Notes: generated by a model from the letters alone, not told the origin. Counted from the first letter of the stretch, positions 28,371-37,978 are shown. The stretch: 64,000 nucleotides of DNA from an uncultured Solirubrobacteraceae bacterium (GCA_963761355.1 CAVXHC010000016.1:2482-66481); one strand, 5' to 3'. Made by a program: numbers and translations.

Positions 28371-28769
28371 TCAGTCAGTGCGCTCATTGATCGCCAGCGC
28401 CTCGTCGTGGCCGCTGTCGCTCGCATCCGGGTCGATCGCACGCGCCTGCGCGTGCTGATCGCGGGCAGACTCAGTCAGATGCTCAGCCTCAACCGCCCGT
28501 CGCTCCGCGGCCGCACGTCCCTGCCTCGCCTGAGCGGCGCGTTCCTCGGCCTCAGCCTCAGCACGCTTGGCTTCGGCGGCCTGCTCATCGGCCGAGGCGC
28601 GCGCGGATTCGGCTTGGATCGAATGGCTTCTGGCCTGCTGGCGAAGCTCGCCCGCCTGCTCACGACGACGTTCGTCACGCCTGCGGCTCGCGGCGCGAGC
28701 GACGAGGGCGATGAGCAGTAGCACCACCACGGCGCCAACAGCAATTGCGATGATCGTTCCGGTGTTCAC
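28371..28769 (-). CDS. hypothetical protein, single N-terminal TM and Ala/Glu/Arg coiled coil
   Basis: MNTGTIIAIAVGAVVVLLLIALV; AAGGAGG RBS upstream. Confidence 0.75.
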   Translation of the reverse strand: MNTGTIIAIAVGAVVVLLLIALVARAASRRRDERRREQAGELRQQARSHSIQAESARASADEQAAEAKRAEAEAEERAAQARQGRAAAERRAVEAEHLTESARDQHAQARAIDPDASDSGHDEALAINERTD

Positions 28770-28779
28770 GGTTTCCTCC

Positions 28780-28959
28780 TTAGCTAGCTTTTGTTTGGGT
28801 TCCGCGCGCCCCTGTGGCCGAGGCGAAGACGTCTAGCCGGGGCAGCCGCGCCGTGCGTCCTGGTGCCGCTGGAGCTTGGTGCCGCGGCGTCCGCGGCGTC
28901 TGAAGCCCGCCACCCGCAAGCACCAGGGTGAGGACGATGACGAGAAGGATCGTGAGCAT
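28780..28959 (-). CDS. small membrane peptide, 3' part possibly degenerate
   Basis: GGAGG RBS; MLTILLVIVLTLVLAGGG. Confidence 0.35.
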   Translation of the reverse strand: MLTILLVIVLTLVLAGGGLQTPRTPRHQAPAAPGRTARLPRLDVFASATGARGTQTKAS

Positions 28960-28999
28960 GTTCACCTCCAAACGCTCGATCGACTCGGCGAGCTGACGG

Positions 29000-29176
29000 C
29001 TACCCGCGCTCGTGCTTCTCGCCCTTTACCGTCTCGGCGACCCGGTCTACAGCTTTCTTCAGTGACCCCTTCGCCTGGTCGGCGTGTCCGTCGTTCTTCA
29101 GCCCTCGATCTCCGGTCAAGGCGCCGGCAGCCTCCTTGACGCGCCCCTTCGCTTGATCGATGTTCTTGTCGGTCAT
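29000..29176 (-). CDS. csbD: CsbD-family general stress protein
   Basis: DQAKGRVKEAAGALTGD..LKNDGHADQAKG; AGGAGG RBS. Confidence 0.88.
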   Translation of the reverse strand: MTDKNIDQAKGRVKEAAGALTGDRGLKNDGHADQAKGSLKKAVDRVAETVKGEKHERG

Positions 29177-29329
29177 AGGCCCTCCTGGTTTGAGTTGTTG
29201 CCGGGCAGGCCGCCGCGATGAGCGCAGCTGAGTAGCCACCACGATCAGTGCGCCGACGGGCGGATAGATGACGGCTTCGGCGACGGCCCTCCCCCTGCGG
29301 CGCAGCCCGCAGGGGGAGTCACTACGACG

Positions 29330-29536
29330 CTAGAGGCGCCGTTCTTCGTATGGTCCGCCCACTACTCGCCGTCGAGCGGTGGCCGTATTGAACAGCGACA
29401 GCACCACACCGACGATGCCGGCGATGATGAGGATCAGGCCGATCGTTGGCCGCGACACGCCCGACACGTGAAATGTGACGGCATAGCGGATGATCGCGCC
29501 GACAGCGATGAGGAAAATCGATGTTCCGAGGGTCAT
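29330..29536 (-). CDS. small membrane protein (DUF6458-like)
   Basis: MTLGTSIFLIAVGAIIRYAV...GLILIIAGIVG. Confidence 0.75.
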   Translation of the reverse strand: MTLGTSIFLIAVGAIIRYAVTFHVSGVSRPTIGLILIIAGIVGVVLSLFNTATARRRVVGGPYEERRL

Positions 29537-29538
29537 AG

Positions 29539-29694
29539 CTAGACCCGCCCGCCTCTGCGATAGCCGAATCCGCCGCCCGTGAAGAAGACCACGAGGGCTA
29601 CCACCAGGAGCAGCCAAAGCAACGGGCTTACGCCGATCCCGCCCGCGACGGCTGCGATTACTAGGACAATCAAAAGCAGCTCTATGAGCCCCAT
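29539..29694 (-). CDS. 51-aa membrane peptide (not in the ORF track)
   Basis: AAGGAGG RBS; MGLIELLLIVLVIAAVAGGIGVSPLLWLLLVVALVVFFTGGGFGYRRGGRV; stop 2 nt from the next ATG. Confidence 0.75.
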   Translation of the reverse strand: MGLIELLLIVLVIAAVAGGIGVSPLLWLLLVVALVVFFTGGGFGYRRGGRV

Positions 29695-29766
29695 AGGACC
29701 CTCCTTTCCGTTGAATGCTCCTCGGCAAAACCGTTCAAGCGAGGAGAGAGAACACTCTTTCTACCA

Positions 29767-29786
29767 TAGAGAGAGCGCTCTTTCTA
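29767..29786. promoter_or_regulatory. palindromic operator candidate for the TetR regulator
   Basis: TAGAGAGAGC/GCTCTTTCTA (9/10) in the divergent promoter region. Confidence 0.55.
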
Positions 29787-29804
29787 GTGCTACCCTCCTA
29801 AGGC

Positions 29805-30392
29805 ATGCTTGAAACCCACCGCCAACCGGCCGAGCCGCGGGCCAGCGCCCGCGAGCGGATTCTGGATGCCGCCTACGAGCTGTTCTCGCGACGCGGCATC
29901 CAAGCAGTTGGGGTCAACGAGGTGACTGAGCGCGCCGGCGTCGCGACCGCAACGCTGTACCGGCACTTCCCCTCCAAGGACAAGCTCGTGCTCGCATTCC
30001 TCGACCTCCGCGAACAGCGCTGGACCAAAGACCTCATTGAGGCCGAGGCCATCCGTCGCGGCTCGAACGCCGAGGAGCGACTACTCGCCATCTTCGATGT
30101 ACTCGACGAGTGGTTCCATCGCGACGACTTCGAGGCGGGCTCGTTCATCAAGGTACTGCTCGAACTCGGCCCCAACCATCCCGCAGGCGGCGCCAGCGTT
30201 CGGCATCTCGAGCAGATCCGCGCGATCGTACGCCGCTTAGCCGAGGAAGCCGGCCTGCGCCACACCGATTCGTTCGCGCACTCGTGGCACATCCTCATGG
30301 AGGGCTCGATCGTCGTAGCAGCCGAGGGCGATGCGCAAGCCGCGCGGCGAGGCAAGTCGATGGCACGCCAGCTCATCGATCAGTATCGATAG
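29805..30392 (+). CDS. TetR/AcrR-family regulator
   Basis: RERILDAAYELF...AGVATATLYRHFPSKDKLV. Confidence 0.93.
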   Translation: MLETHRQPAEPRASARERILDAAYELFSRRGIQAVGVNEVTERAGVATATLYRHFPSKDKLVLAFLDLREQRWTKDLIEAEAIRRGSNAEERLLAIFDVLDEWFHRDDFEAGSFIKVLLELGPNHPAGGASVRHLEQIRAIVRRLAEEAGLRHTDSFAHSWHILMEGSIVVAAEGDAQAARRGKSMARQLIDQYR

Positions 30393-30424
30393 CGATTTCC
30401 CCGCTCGAGTGGAATGATCGCGGA

Positions 30425-30748
30425 GTGGATGATCAACGCAAGCGCCGTATGGCGCAGAACGAGGCCCTGGCACGGCGCATAAACGACAGGATCGAGTATC
30501 AGCGTCCACGCAACGGAGAGTCGGCCGACACCTTCATGTGCGAGTGCGTCCGCGTGGATTGCGGCGGGGTACTGGACCTCTCGATCGGAGAGTACGCGCG
30601 CGTGCGATCCCATCCGCGCCGGTTCGTCGTGTTCCCTGGGCATGAGGAAGCGGCCGTCGAGTCGACCGTCGAGGTCTACCCCGGTTATGTCGTGGTCGAA
30701 AAGCGCGGCGAGGCAGGACGGATTGCGGAAGCCGAGGGGGGCGGCTAG
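30425..30748 (+). CDS. conserved hypothetical protein with CEC...C...H motif
   Basis: AQNEALARRIN...FMCECVRVDC...FVVFPGHE. Confidence 0.7.
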   Translation: MDDQRKRRMAQNEALARRINDRIEYQRPRNGESADTFMCECVRVDCGGVLDLSIGEYARVRSHPRRFVVFPGHEEAAVESTVEVYPGYVVVEKRGEAGRIAEAEGGG

Positions 30749-30907
30749 CCATAGCTCGCGCTCGTGGCATGCGAGAGTTCAGAACTGGCGGAGTCGGGCA
30801 CCCACCGCCGCTCAGGACGGACGGCCCAGTGTGTTGGGCCCTAAACGACACGCCTGCTAGCTGAGCATCGCGACAGCCGACCAGCCCCAAGGCCGGGCTT
30901 GCGCTCA

Positions 30908-31010
30908 GGACGAGCCGCGAGCGTCTCGTCAGGCACTCGCGAGGCGCCTGCCTTACGATGGCGAAAGCAGTAGCCGGTGGCGCGGACGCGCCGACTGCTG
31001 TTGGTCGTCC
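30908..31010. repeat. 103-bp dispersed repeat, copy 1
   Basis: 99/103 identical to 46818-46920. Confidence 0.95.
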
Positions 31011-31067
31011 GAAGCGACGGCACGAGGTGAGACCCCCCGGATGCTCGGTCAGCTAGGGAAGCAGGCG

Positions 31068-31574
31068 TCAAGGCGCCCAGCGCGCACTCGCTGAGGCCCT
31101 TGAGGGTGGCTTCGCACGCGCGGCGGGAAGGGTTGTGCCCACCAGGCCGCGGATCATCGCGGCCGTGAAGTTCAGCCAGTCAAAGTAGTCGCGCCAGACC
31201 ACGATCTGTGCATCACGGACATCGAAGCGCCCGCAGACCCAAAGCTGAACGCTCAGCCGCCCGAGCTTCAGGACGTCCGTGCGCTCGGTCAGAACCGTTG
31301 GCCCGTCCGCCGCGATGGCGTGGACGTAGACGTCGAACCCGCCGCCCGCTCGACCGAGCGTGCGCTGGAAGAACTGACGAACGCGCTTGCGCCCGTGCAA
31401 GGTGGGCAGCGAAACGTTCGTGTACTCGACGTCCACGTCCAAGAGCTCAGCTGCTGCGTCGATGTCGCCAGCGCGAAGGTGGTCCAAGAAACGCTCCACC
31501 ACCAGCGTGGGCGTGGATCCGTCCGCCGGTTGGTTGAGCTGCTCTGCGGTGACCTCGCTCGCAGGCTCAGGCAT
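31068..31574 (-). CDS. limonene-1,2-epoxide hydrolase family (NTF2 fold)
   Basis: YTNVSLP...VLTERTD...VCGRFDV...WRDYFD; TATGCT 7 nt before the ATG. Confidence 0.88.
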   Translation of the reverse strand: MPEPASEVTAEQLNQPADGSTPTLVVERFLDHLRAGDIDAAAELLDVDVEYTNVSLPTLHGRKRVRQFFQRTLGRAGGGFDVYVHAIAADGPTVLTERTDVLKLGRLSVQLWVCGRFDVRDAQIVVWRDYFDWLNFTAAMIRGLVGTTLPAARAKPPSRASASARWAP

Positions 31575-31774
31575 AACCGCAAGCATACGGCTACTCAGCC
31601 TGAGGGACGGCGCCCGATTCGCCTCTCTACTCTCACGCAAGCGAGCGCGCGGAGGACCCAGCTCGGCATGCTCACTTGGACGATCTGGAGCACGTCGTGC
31701 GAGGACAACCAGATGCCGGCTTGCGTGCCCGAATGCAGAAACGTCCGAGATGAGGAAAGGCCGATAATGAAGGG

Positions 31775-32416
31775 ATTGCCGGCGAAGAGTGGACGACCGC
31801 CGAGCATGTCCTTCGCTATCTCGACCGGGCCGATGGGTATCCGCGCCGTGCGGAGGGAGAGAGCGTCCTATTCGAGCATGTTCCTCGCGACGCCCGTCGC
31901 ATCCTGGACCTCGGGACGGGCGACGGACGCCTGCTCGACCTTTTCCTGATCGATCGCCGCGAGATCCTCGGTGTGGGCCTGGACTTCTCCGAGCTCATGC
32001 TCGGGGCGGCACAAGCGCGCTTCGCCAACGACGAGCGCATCGAGCTCGTCAAACATGACCTGGCGGAGCCTCTGCCGGCCCTGGGGCGCTTCGATGCTGT
32101 CGTCTCGTCCTTCGCCATCCACCGCCTCGAGCACGAGCGAAAGCGGTCGCTCTATCGCGAGATCTTCGATCTGCTCGAACCCGGCGGAGTGTTCGCGAAC
32201 TTCGAGCACGTGGCGTCTGCGACCTATCGCCTTCATCTCGCTTTCTTCGAGGCGATCGGCGAGCCGCTCGAGGATGAGGATCCGTCCGACCATCTGCTCG
32301 ACGTGGAGAGTCAGCTGGGGTGGCTACGCGCACTCGGCTTCGACGATGTCGACTGCTACTGGAAGTGGCTTGAGATGGCGCTCCTCGTCGGCATCAAGCC
32401 TGCCGAGATCGGTTAG
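31775..32416 (+). CDS. class I SAM-dependent methyltransferase (frame opens at ATT)
   Basis: ILDLGTGDG...GLDFS...FDAVVSSFAIH...LLEPGG; no canonical start after the in-frame TGA at 31751. Confidence 0.85.
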   Translation: MAGEEWTTAEHVLRYLDRADGYPRRAEGESVLFEHVPRDARRILDLGTGDGRLLDLFLIDRREILGVGLDFSELMLGAAQARFANDERIELVKHDLAEPLPALGRFDAVVSSFAIHRLEHERKRSLYREIFDLLEPGGVFANFEHVASATYRLHLAFFEAIGEPLEDEDPSDHLLDVESQLGWLRALGFDDVDCYWKWLEMALLVGIKPAEIG

Positions 32417-32513
32417 CCGCCGGCGAGTAGCGAGCCCTCAGCCCAACACCTGCCGCTGCTGCTTTCGGACGGCTGCAAGCTTCTCCAACTCCACCTGGCA
32501 GGCTCTCGCTCCC

Positions 32514-32615
32514 GGACGAGCCGCGAGCGTCTCGCCCGGCACTCGCGAGACGTCTGCTTCGCCGTGGCGAAAGCAGTAGCCGGTGGCGCGCAGGCGCGGA
32601 CTGTGTTGGTCATCC
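32514..32615. repeat. 103-bp dispersed repeat, copy 2
   Basis: About 90% identical to the other two copies; central ctgcttcgccgtggcgaaagcag. Confidence 0.9.
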
Positions 32616-32775
32616 GCAGCTAGCGTCAGCGAGGACTAAGTTCAGACGCTCGCTCAGCCGCGAGAGCCGGCGCGGCGCGGCGCCTCCGCTTGGCGAATTG
32701 CTAGACGGTTGCCGTCGACGAGGCGGGCTCATTTTGGTCCTCGCGCGGCGCGTGGCAGTCGACGAGAGCCCATGG

Positions 32776-33813
32776 GTGGACATAAGCGCTGCCGGCGTTC
32801 AGGATCCCCTTTGGAGAGCGATGTCCAAGTACGCAACCCATGCTCCAACAGCCCCCTTCGAGGCGGCCCAGCGGCGGCTGTTTGACGCATGTGCGATGCA
32901 GATTGTCAGCCGATGCGTCCGCTTAGCTGACCCGCCGCTTGCTGTTCGTGTGCTTGAAGCGGGCGATGGTCCGCCGCTCCTGCTCGTGCACGGCAGCGGC
33001 ATGAGCGCGTCGACGTGGGCGCCGTTGTTGCCCCACCTCCCCGACCACCGGCTGATCGCCCTCGACCTGCCGGGCTTCGGACTCAGCGACATGTTTGACT
33101 ACGCGGGGCGATCGCTGCGCGAGCACGCGGTCGCGCAGCTCACGTCGCTGCTCGACGCGCTCGACCTCCAACGGGTCCCTGTCATCGGCACCTCGCTCGG
33201 CGGCATGTGGGCGCTCTGCCTGGCCGTCGAATCGCCGGAGCGGATCACCGCGCTGGCCGCGCTCGGGGTTCCTGCCGTCGCACTGCCCGGCATGCACGGC
33301 GATGCCTTCTTCACCGCCCTCTCCACGCCCGGGGTGCGTCACTTGGTCGCGCGGATCGGCTCGCCGAGTGTCGCTGTCACCCGCCGATCCTTGGCCCGCG
33401 GCGCGATCGGGTCCCGTGCCGCCGAGCTTGCGCCCGAAGGGTTCTTCGATGTCGTCCATGAGGGCATGCGACAGCCGGGCTTCCGTACGGCGATGTTGAG
33501 CCACATGTGGCTTGCCATGCGATTCGGACGACCCCGTCCGGAGAACTTCCTCTCCGACGCTGAACTTCAACACGTCGCGGCGCCCGTGCTCATGATCTGG
33601 GGGGACGAGGACCCCTATGGCGGCCCGGAGATCGGCCGGCGGGCCACAGCGCTGATCCCCAACGCGCACCTCGAGGTCATGTCAGGGCGCCACGCCCCGT
33701 TCCTGGACGACCCCCAGCGGTGCGGCGCCTTGATCGACCAGCTGCTCCGCCGAGCAGCTGCCACAGAAGACCGTCCGCGAAGCGACGAAGCAACACGCAG
33801 CGGGCCCGAATAG
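32776..33813 (+). CDS. alpha/beta hydrolase
   Basis: LLVHG, DLPGFG, GTSLGG nucleophile elbow, WGDED, HAPF; start uncertain. Confidence 0.88.
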   Translation: MDISAAGVQDPLWRAMSKYATHAPTAPFEAAQRRLFDACAMQIVSRCVRLADPPLAVRVLEAGDGPPLLLVHGSGMSASTWAPLLPHLPDHRLIALDLPGFGLSDMFDYAGRSLREHAVAQLTSLLDALDLQRVPVIGTSLGGMWALCLAVESPERITALAALGVPAVALPGMHGDAFFTALSTPGVRHLVARIGSPSVAVTRRSLARGAIGSRAAELAPEGFFDVVHEGMRQPGFRTAMLSHMWLAMRFGRPRPENFLSDAELQHVAAPVLMIWGDEDPYGGPEIGRRATALIPNAHLEVMSGRHAPFLDDPQRCGALIDQLLRRAAATEDRPRSDEATRSGPE

Positions 33814-33848
33814 CGCAACCCCGCGTTCGTCGGCCGCCCGGCCGACGT

Positions 33849-34577
33849 TCAGCGCACGTGCTCGTCGAAGAAGGCAAGCATCCGCCGCCAGCCGTCCTCG
33901 GCCGCCTGCTCGTCGTGGCCGACCGCCATCGGCGTCGGCACACGCGCGAGCCAGCCCTGCCAGCCGTCGACTCGCGAGAAGAACGAATGTCCGGCGCCAT
34001 CGTAGGTCTTGACGTCGTGAGGTACGCCGAGCGCGCTCAGGTGGCGCTCGAGCCGCTCGGCCATGTGTCGCCCGACTACACGGTCCTTGGCGCCGTAGCT
34101 CGCGACGACCGGACACACGCCGTCCAGCTTCGATCGGTCGGCCGGCACCGTCCCGTAGTTGACCGCGGCGGCCTGGAAGCCGGGCCGCGTGCCGGCGACC
34201 AGCGCGAAGCCGCCACCCTGGCAGAACCCGGCGACGGCGATGCGCTGGGCGTCTACCTCGACCCTTGCGGCCAGCGCCTCGCGAGCCGCGTGGATGTCGG
34301 CGATCTCGCGGGCGACGCCGCCGCTCAGCATGTCGACTATCACGCGGCTGAGGCACACGATCCGCCTGCCATGCGAGTAGAGGTCGGGGGCGAGTGCCGC
34401 ATATCCCGCATCGGCGAAGCGGGCGGCGATGCGGCGGATGTCGCCGTTGAGGCCGAAGGACTCGTGCAGCACGACGACGCCAGGATGCGGGCCCTTGTCC
34501 GCGGGCACGAAGAACTCGGCGCGGAGGCTCGAGCCCTCAAGAGTTCCCACCTGCAGCTGCTCAGCGCTCCCCGGCAT
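33849..34577 (-). CDS. dienelactone hydrolase family protein
   Basis: VVLHESFGL, GFCQGG and YDGAGHSF; start trimmed from the ORF track. Confidence 0.9.
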   Translation of the reverse strand: MPGSAEQLQVGTLEGSSLRAEFFVPADKGPHPGVVVLHESFGLNGDIRRIAARFADAGYAALAPDLYSHGRRIVCLSRVIVDMLSGGVAREIADIHAAREALAARVEVDAQRIAVAGFCQGGGFALVAGTRPGFQAAAVNYGTVPADRSKLDGVCPVVASYGAKDRVVGRHMAERLERHLSALGVPHDVKTYDGAGHSFFSRVDGWQGWLARVPTPMAVGHDEQAAEDGWRRMLAFFDEHVR

Positions 34578-34679
34578 CGCCCCCGGACGATAACGAGCGT
34601 ACCCAGGTCTAACGACGGCCGCCATGCGAGCGGAGTTCTCCCTTGCACCGAAAGCGAGCGCCTCGATCGTCGAGCCCCG

Positions 34680-34865
34680 CGCTGTCGCTTGGGACGACAA
34701 ACGCTCGTCCGAGCACCGACTCTCGAGACTACTGCTTCGCCATGGGCTGAGCGAGCGTCTCGCGCGTCGCGGAGCGGACGCGCGAGTTTCGTCCCAAGCG
34801 ACAGCACTGAGCCAAGCTCGGCGCGCGCTCGCTCGCCCGCCGAAAGCAGCAGTCCTGGATACTCC
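34680..34865. repeat. array of palindromic repeat sites ending at the SnoaL promoter
   Basis: ctgtcgcttgggacgac; ctactgcttcgccatgggctgagcgagcgtctcg; tcgtcccaagcgacagc; cgaaagcagcagtcctgGATACT. Confidence 0.8.
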
Positions 34866-34870
34866 CTGCC

Positions 34871-35293
34871 GTGTCTGAGGAGTCCACGACCCCCGACCTG
34901 GTCGAGCTTTCCTATCGACGATTCGAGGCCATAAACAGACGGGACCTGGAGGCGGTGGTGAGCTTCTTCGCCGCTGACGCCATCTGGGACATGTCGCCAG
35001 TCGACATGGGCATCGTCGAGGGCCGCGGCGCAATACGCAATGCGCTCAAAACCTGGTGGGAGATGTTCCCAGGGATCGTGTCTGAGCTTGACGAGGTTCT
35101 CGACCTCGGCAACGGCGTTGTGCTCCAGGTTGTCACCCAGCGAGGTCACCCGGCCGGCAGCTCGGGCGAACTTCGCCAGCGTTCTGGCCGCGTTTCCATC
35201 GTGGTCGATGGCCTGATCGAGGCCCTGACGTCCTACAACGACATCGACGAGGCCCGCGCTGCTGCCGAACGCCTCGCCGAGTCGAGGGGGTAA
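34871..35293 (+). CDS. SnoaL-like NTF2 protein, type A (MSEESTTPDLVEL...ERLAESRG)
   Basis: FEAINRRDLEAV..FAADAIWD; GATACT 7 nt before the start. Confidence 0.88.
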   Translation: MSEESTTPDLVELSYRRFEAINRRDLEAVVSFFAADAIWDMSPVDMGIVEGRGAIRNALKTWWEMFPGIVSELDEVLDLGNGVVLQVVTQRGHPAGSSGELRQRSGRVSIVVDGLIEALTSYNDIDEARAAAERLAESRG

Positions 35294-35388
35294 GCGTTGT
35301 CGGAGGAGAGCTCATGACGCCCTGGACGTCACCCGCGACGGATGAAATGGGCGAGACTTGGCCCGCGAACCGAGGAGGATGAGCGCTT

Positions 35389-35781
35389 ATTTCTAAGCAG
35401 AACGTGGAGATCGTGCGCCAAGCGTGGGAAGCCTTTGCGCGCCACGACAATGAGTCGGCCCTGCGCCTCTACGACCCCGAGGTTGAGATACATGTCGGGT
35501 TCCTCGGCGGCGAGGTCTACCGCGGTCTTGCGGGTGTCCGAGATTTCTTTCGTGACTGGTTGGCGGTCTGGGACGAGTACGGATCGACGGTGGAGGAGTG
35601 GATCGACGCCGGGGATGATGTGGTAGCGGTGATACGTATATGGGGTCGCGGAAGAGCGAGCGGGGTCGGGGTCGAGGAACGTCAATCGCATGTCTGGACC
35701 TTGCGGGACGGCAGGCTCTGGCAGTTGCAGCGCTATGAGACGAAAGCTGACGCGCTCAAAGCCGTGGGGCTGACGGAGTAG
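35389..35781 (+). CDS. SnoaL-like NTF2 protein, type B (ATT at the homologous start; GTG 35404 is an alternative)
   Basis: (I)SKQNVEIVRQAWEAF...ALKAVGLTE. Confidence 0.82.
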   Translation: MSKQNVEIVRQAWEAFARHDNESALRLYDPEVEIHVGFLGGEVYRGLAGVRDFFRDWLAVWDEYGSTVEEWIDAGDDVVAVIRIWGRGRASGVGVEERQSHVWTLRDGRLWQLQRYETKADALKAVGLTE

Positions 35782-35784
35782 GCG

Positions 35785-36189
35785 ATGTCGCAGGCGAACG
35801 TGGAGATCGCGAAGCGCGTGATCGACGCTTTCAACGGGCGGGATGTCGATTCCATCTTCAAGTGCGTGAACTCGGATATCGAATGGTTCCCTGCGCTTCC
35901 CGGAGTCGTGGAGGGCGACGGCTACCGTGGCCGCGAGGGCATTGAAATGTACTTCGAGGAAATCTCGAACACGTGGGAGGAGTACAGCGTGGTGGGGCAG
36001 GACTTTCGCGATCTCGGCAACGACCGAGTTCTTGTTCTCAGCCGGGTAAAGGGACGTGGTAGAGGCAGTGGCGTCCAGGTCGATTCGCCGATTGGTGTCA
36101 TCTATGACTTTCGCGACGGCAAGATGTCGCGCGTCCGCGCCTATCTCAATCACGGCGAGGCGTTGCGGGCGGCGGGCGTCTCCGACTAG
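35785..36189 (+). CDS. SnoaL-like NTF2 protein, type B
   Basis: MSQANVEIAKRVIDAFN...EALRAAGVSD. Confidence 0.88.
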   Translation: MSQANVEIAKRVIDAFNGRDVDSIFKCVNSDIEWFPALPGVVEGDGYRGREGIEMYFEEISNTWEEYSVVGQDFRDLGNDRVLVLSRVKGRGRGSGVQVDSPIGVIYDFRDGKMSRVRAYLNHGEALRAAGVSD

Positions 36190-36192
36190 CAG

Positions 36193-36230
36193 TCAGGTGC
36201 CGGTGTCCGGCGTGAGGCCGAGGTCGACCG
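36193..36230 (-). pseudogene. orphan 3' tail of a type-C SnoaL gene (...DLGLTPDTGT*)
   Basis: Matches the 3' end of the gene at 45325. Confidence 0.6.
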
Positions 36231-36279
36231 ACACGGTGCTTCCTCGTGATGCGAGCGCGACGTCGCACGCGGTCCCGGC

Positions 36280-36450
36280 TCCTGGTCTGGACGACGACCG
36301 CTCGTCCGTGCTCCGACGCACGAGACGCTCGCTTAGCTCCCGCGACAGCCGTCTGAGCTCGGGCGGTATGAGCCGTCGAGCGTCGTCCCGAGCGCACGCG
36401 TGACGTAAAGGCGCTGAGAGACTCGCAGTGCTCGGGAAGCAGGCGTGAGA
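36280..36450. repeat. array of palindromic repeat sites
   Basis: ggacgacgaccgctcgtccgtgctccgacgcacgagacgctcgcttagc (cf. 52420-52475); cgggaagcaggcgt. Confidence 0.7.
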
Positions 36451-36671
36451 CGCCCCCGCTCGCCGAGTCGACTGTACCGCTGGCTACGTTGGAATAGCCG
36501 CCGCTCACCGAGGCGCCCGTACTGCTGGCCGGTTGTTTCACCACCGCTCACCGATCCACCGTTGCTCGTGGCTTTGCTAGTGAGACCGCCGCTCCTGTGC
36601 TCGCCGGGCTCGGACTACGTCCCCGGCCAGCTGCTCGGGGTCAGCGACGGGCTCGCCGTCGGAATGGCAGG

Positions 36672-37934
36672 CTAGGCGCCGCCGGCCGGCCGCTGGCCCT
36701 CGCGCGGCCCCGGCGTGAAGCTCACCGGGAGAGAGGTGATCATGTTCGCCCAGTTCGAGACTAGACGCTGAGGCTCCCCGGCACTGCCAATGTCGGGCAT
36801 GCGACGCGCGAGCTCCTCGAACAGGACGCGCAGCTCCAGCCGCGCGAGGCCGGCTCCGAGACAGAAGTGGCGGCCGCCTCCCCCGAACGCGTCGTGGTCG
36901 GGCTTGGCGCGGCGGATGTCGAACCGCTCCGGCTCGTCAAAGACATCCTGGTCGCGCGACGCCGACGAGTACCACATTACGACCCTATCGCCCTCGGCGA
37001 TCGCGTGTCCGTCGATCTCGGTGTCCCTGAGCGCGGTGCGCGCGAACCACTGCACCACCGACGTCCAGCGCAGGATCTCCTCTACCGCGCCCGCGATCAG
37101 CGACGGGTCGGCGACCAGCTCAGCGAGCTGGTCGGGGTGCTCGAGCAGCGCGCACATGCCGCCGGCGGCCGTGTTGCGCGTGGTGTCGTTGCCGGCGAAG
37201 ACAAGCAGCCCGAAGAACACGAGGATCTCGCTGTCATCCAGCTGCTGGCCGTCGACCTGCGCATTGCGCAGCCGCATCACGAGGCTCTCGTCGTCTCCGG
37301 CGGCGGCCTGCTTCGCTATCTGTTCATGCAGGTAGCCGGCCATCTCCACGAACACCTCAGTCGCCGCGGCCGGCTCGGGTGAGCGCTGCGCCTCCTCGAT
37401 CTGGTCAGTCCATGCATGCAGGCGAGGAATGTCCTGGTCGAGGCAGCCCATCAGATCGACAAGAACGCCGAGCGGCACGGGAACCGCGATGTCGCGAGCG
37501 AAGTCGCACGCGCCCAGCTCAATCACGGCATCGAGAACGCGGGTTATGCGCCCGCGAACTGCGTCCTCGAGCTTTGCGACGGTATGCGGGGTGAACGCGG
37601 TCTGCAGGATCGCGCGGTACTTGGTGTGCTCCGGCGGGTCCTTGTACAGCAGCAGATTCCGGGTCAGGTCGAGCGGCACGACCTGGTCAGGCTCTAGGAA
37701 GATGCCCCGCTTCCAGGATGAGAATGTCGCAAAGTTGCGGCTGACTGCAGCGATGTCGGCGTGGCGCGTTAGCGACCAGAAGCCAGATCCATCGGGGAGC
37801 GTGTTCCAGCGGACCGGCGTCTCGGCCCGCATGCGTTCGAACAGCTCGTGCGGCGGGCCATCCTGGAACCAGACCGGGTCCATCAAGTCGACCTCTGCGA
37901 GATCGACTCCGTCAACTGAGCCTTTGGTCACCAT
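36672..37934 (-). CDS. cytochrome P450 (CYP124/125/142-like)
   Basis: FAGNDTT, EEILR and FGGGGRHFCLGA; start trimmed to MVTKG. Confidence 0.93.
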   Translation of the reverse strand: MVTKGSVDGVDLAEVDLMDPVWFQDGPPHELFERMRAETPVRWNTLPDGSGFWSLTRHADIAAVSRNFATFSSWKRGIFLEPDQVVPLDLTRNLLLYKDPPEHTKYRAILQTAFTPHTVAKLEDAVRGRITRVLDAVIELGACDFARDIAVPVPLGVLVDLMGCLDQDIPRLHAWTDQIEEAQRSPEPAAATEVFVEMAGYLHEQIAKQAAAGDDESLVMRLRNAQVDGQQLDDSEILVFFGLLVFAGNDTTRNTAAGGMCALLEHPDQLAELVADPSLIAGAVEEILRWTSVVQWFARTALRDTEIDGHAIAEGDRVVMWYSSASRDQDVFDEPERFDIRRAKPDHDAFGGGGRHFCLGAGLARLELRVLFEELARRMPDIGSAGEPQRLVSNWANMITSLPVSFTPGPREGQRPAGGA

Positions 37935-37978
37935 CCCTACCCCTCTCCCAGCCAAAACATGTAAGCCTCCGACACCGC

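Noticed and set aside
34578-35033. N-terminal extensions given by the ORF track (33849..35033, 52342..52917, 36672..38072, 18424..21075)
   Set aside because: The extensions translate repeat arrays or neighbouring genes; downstream starts fit the promoter or RBS better
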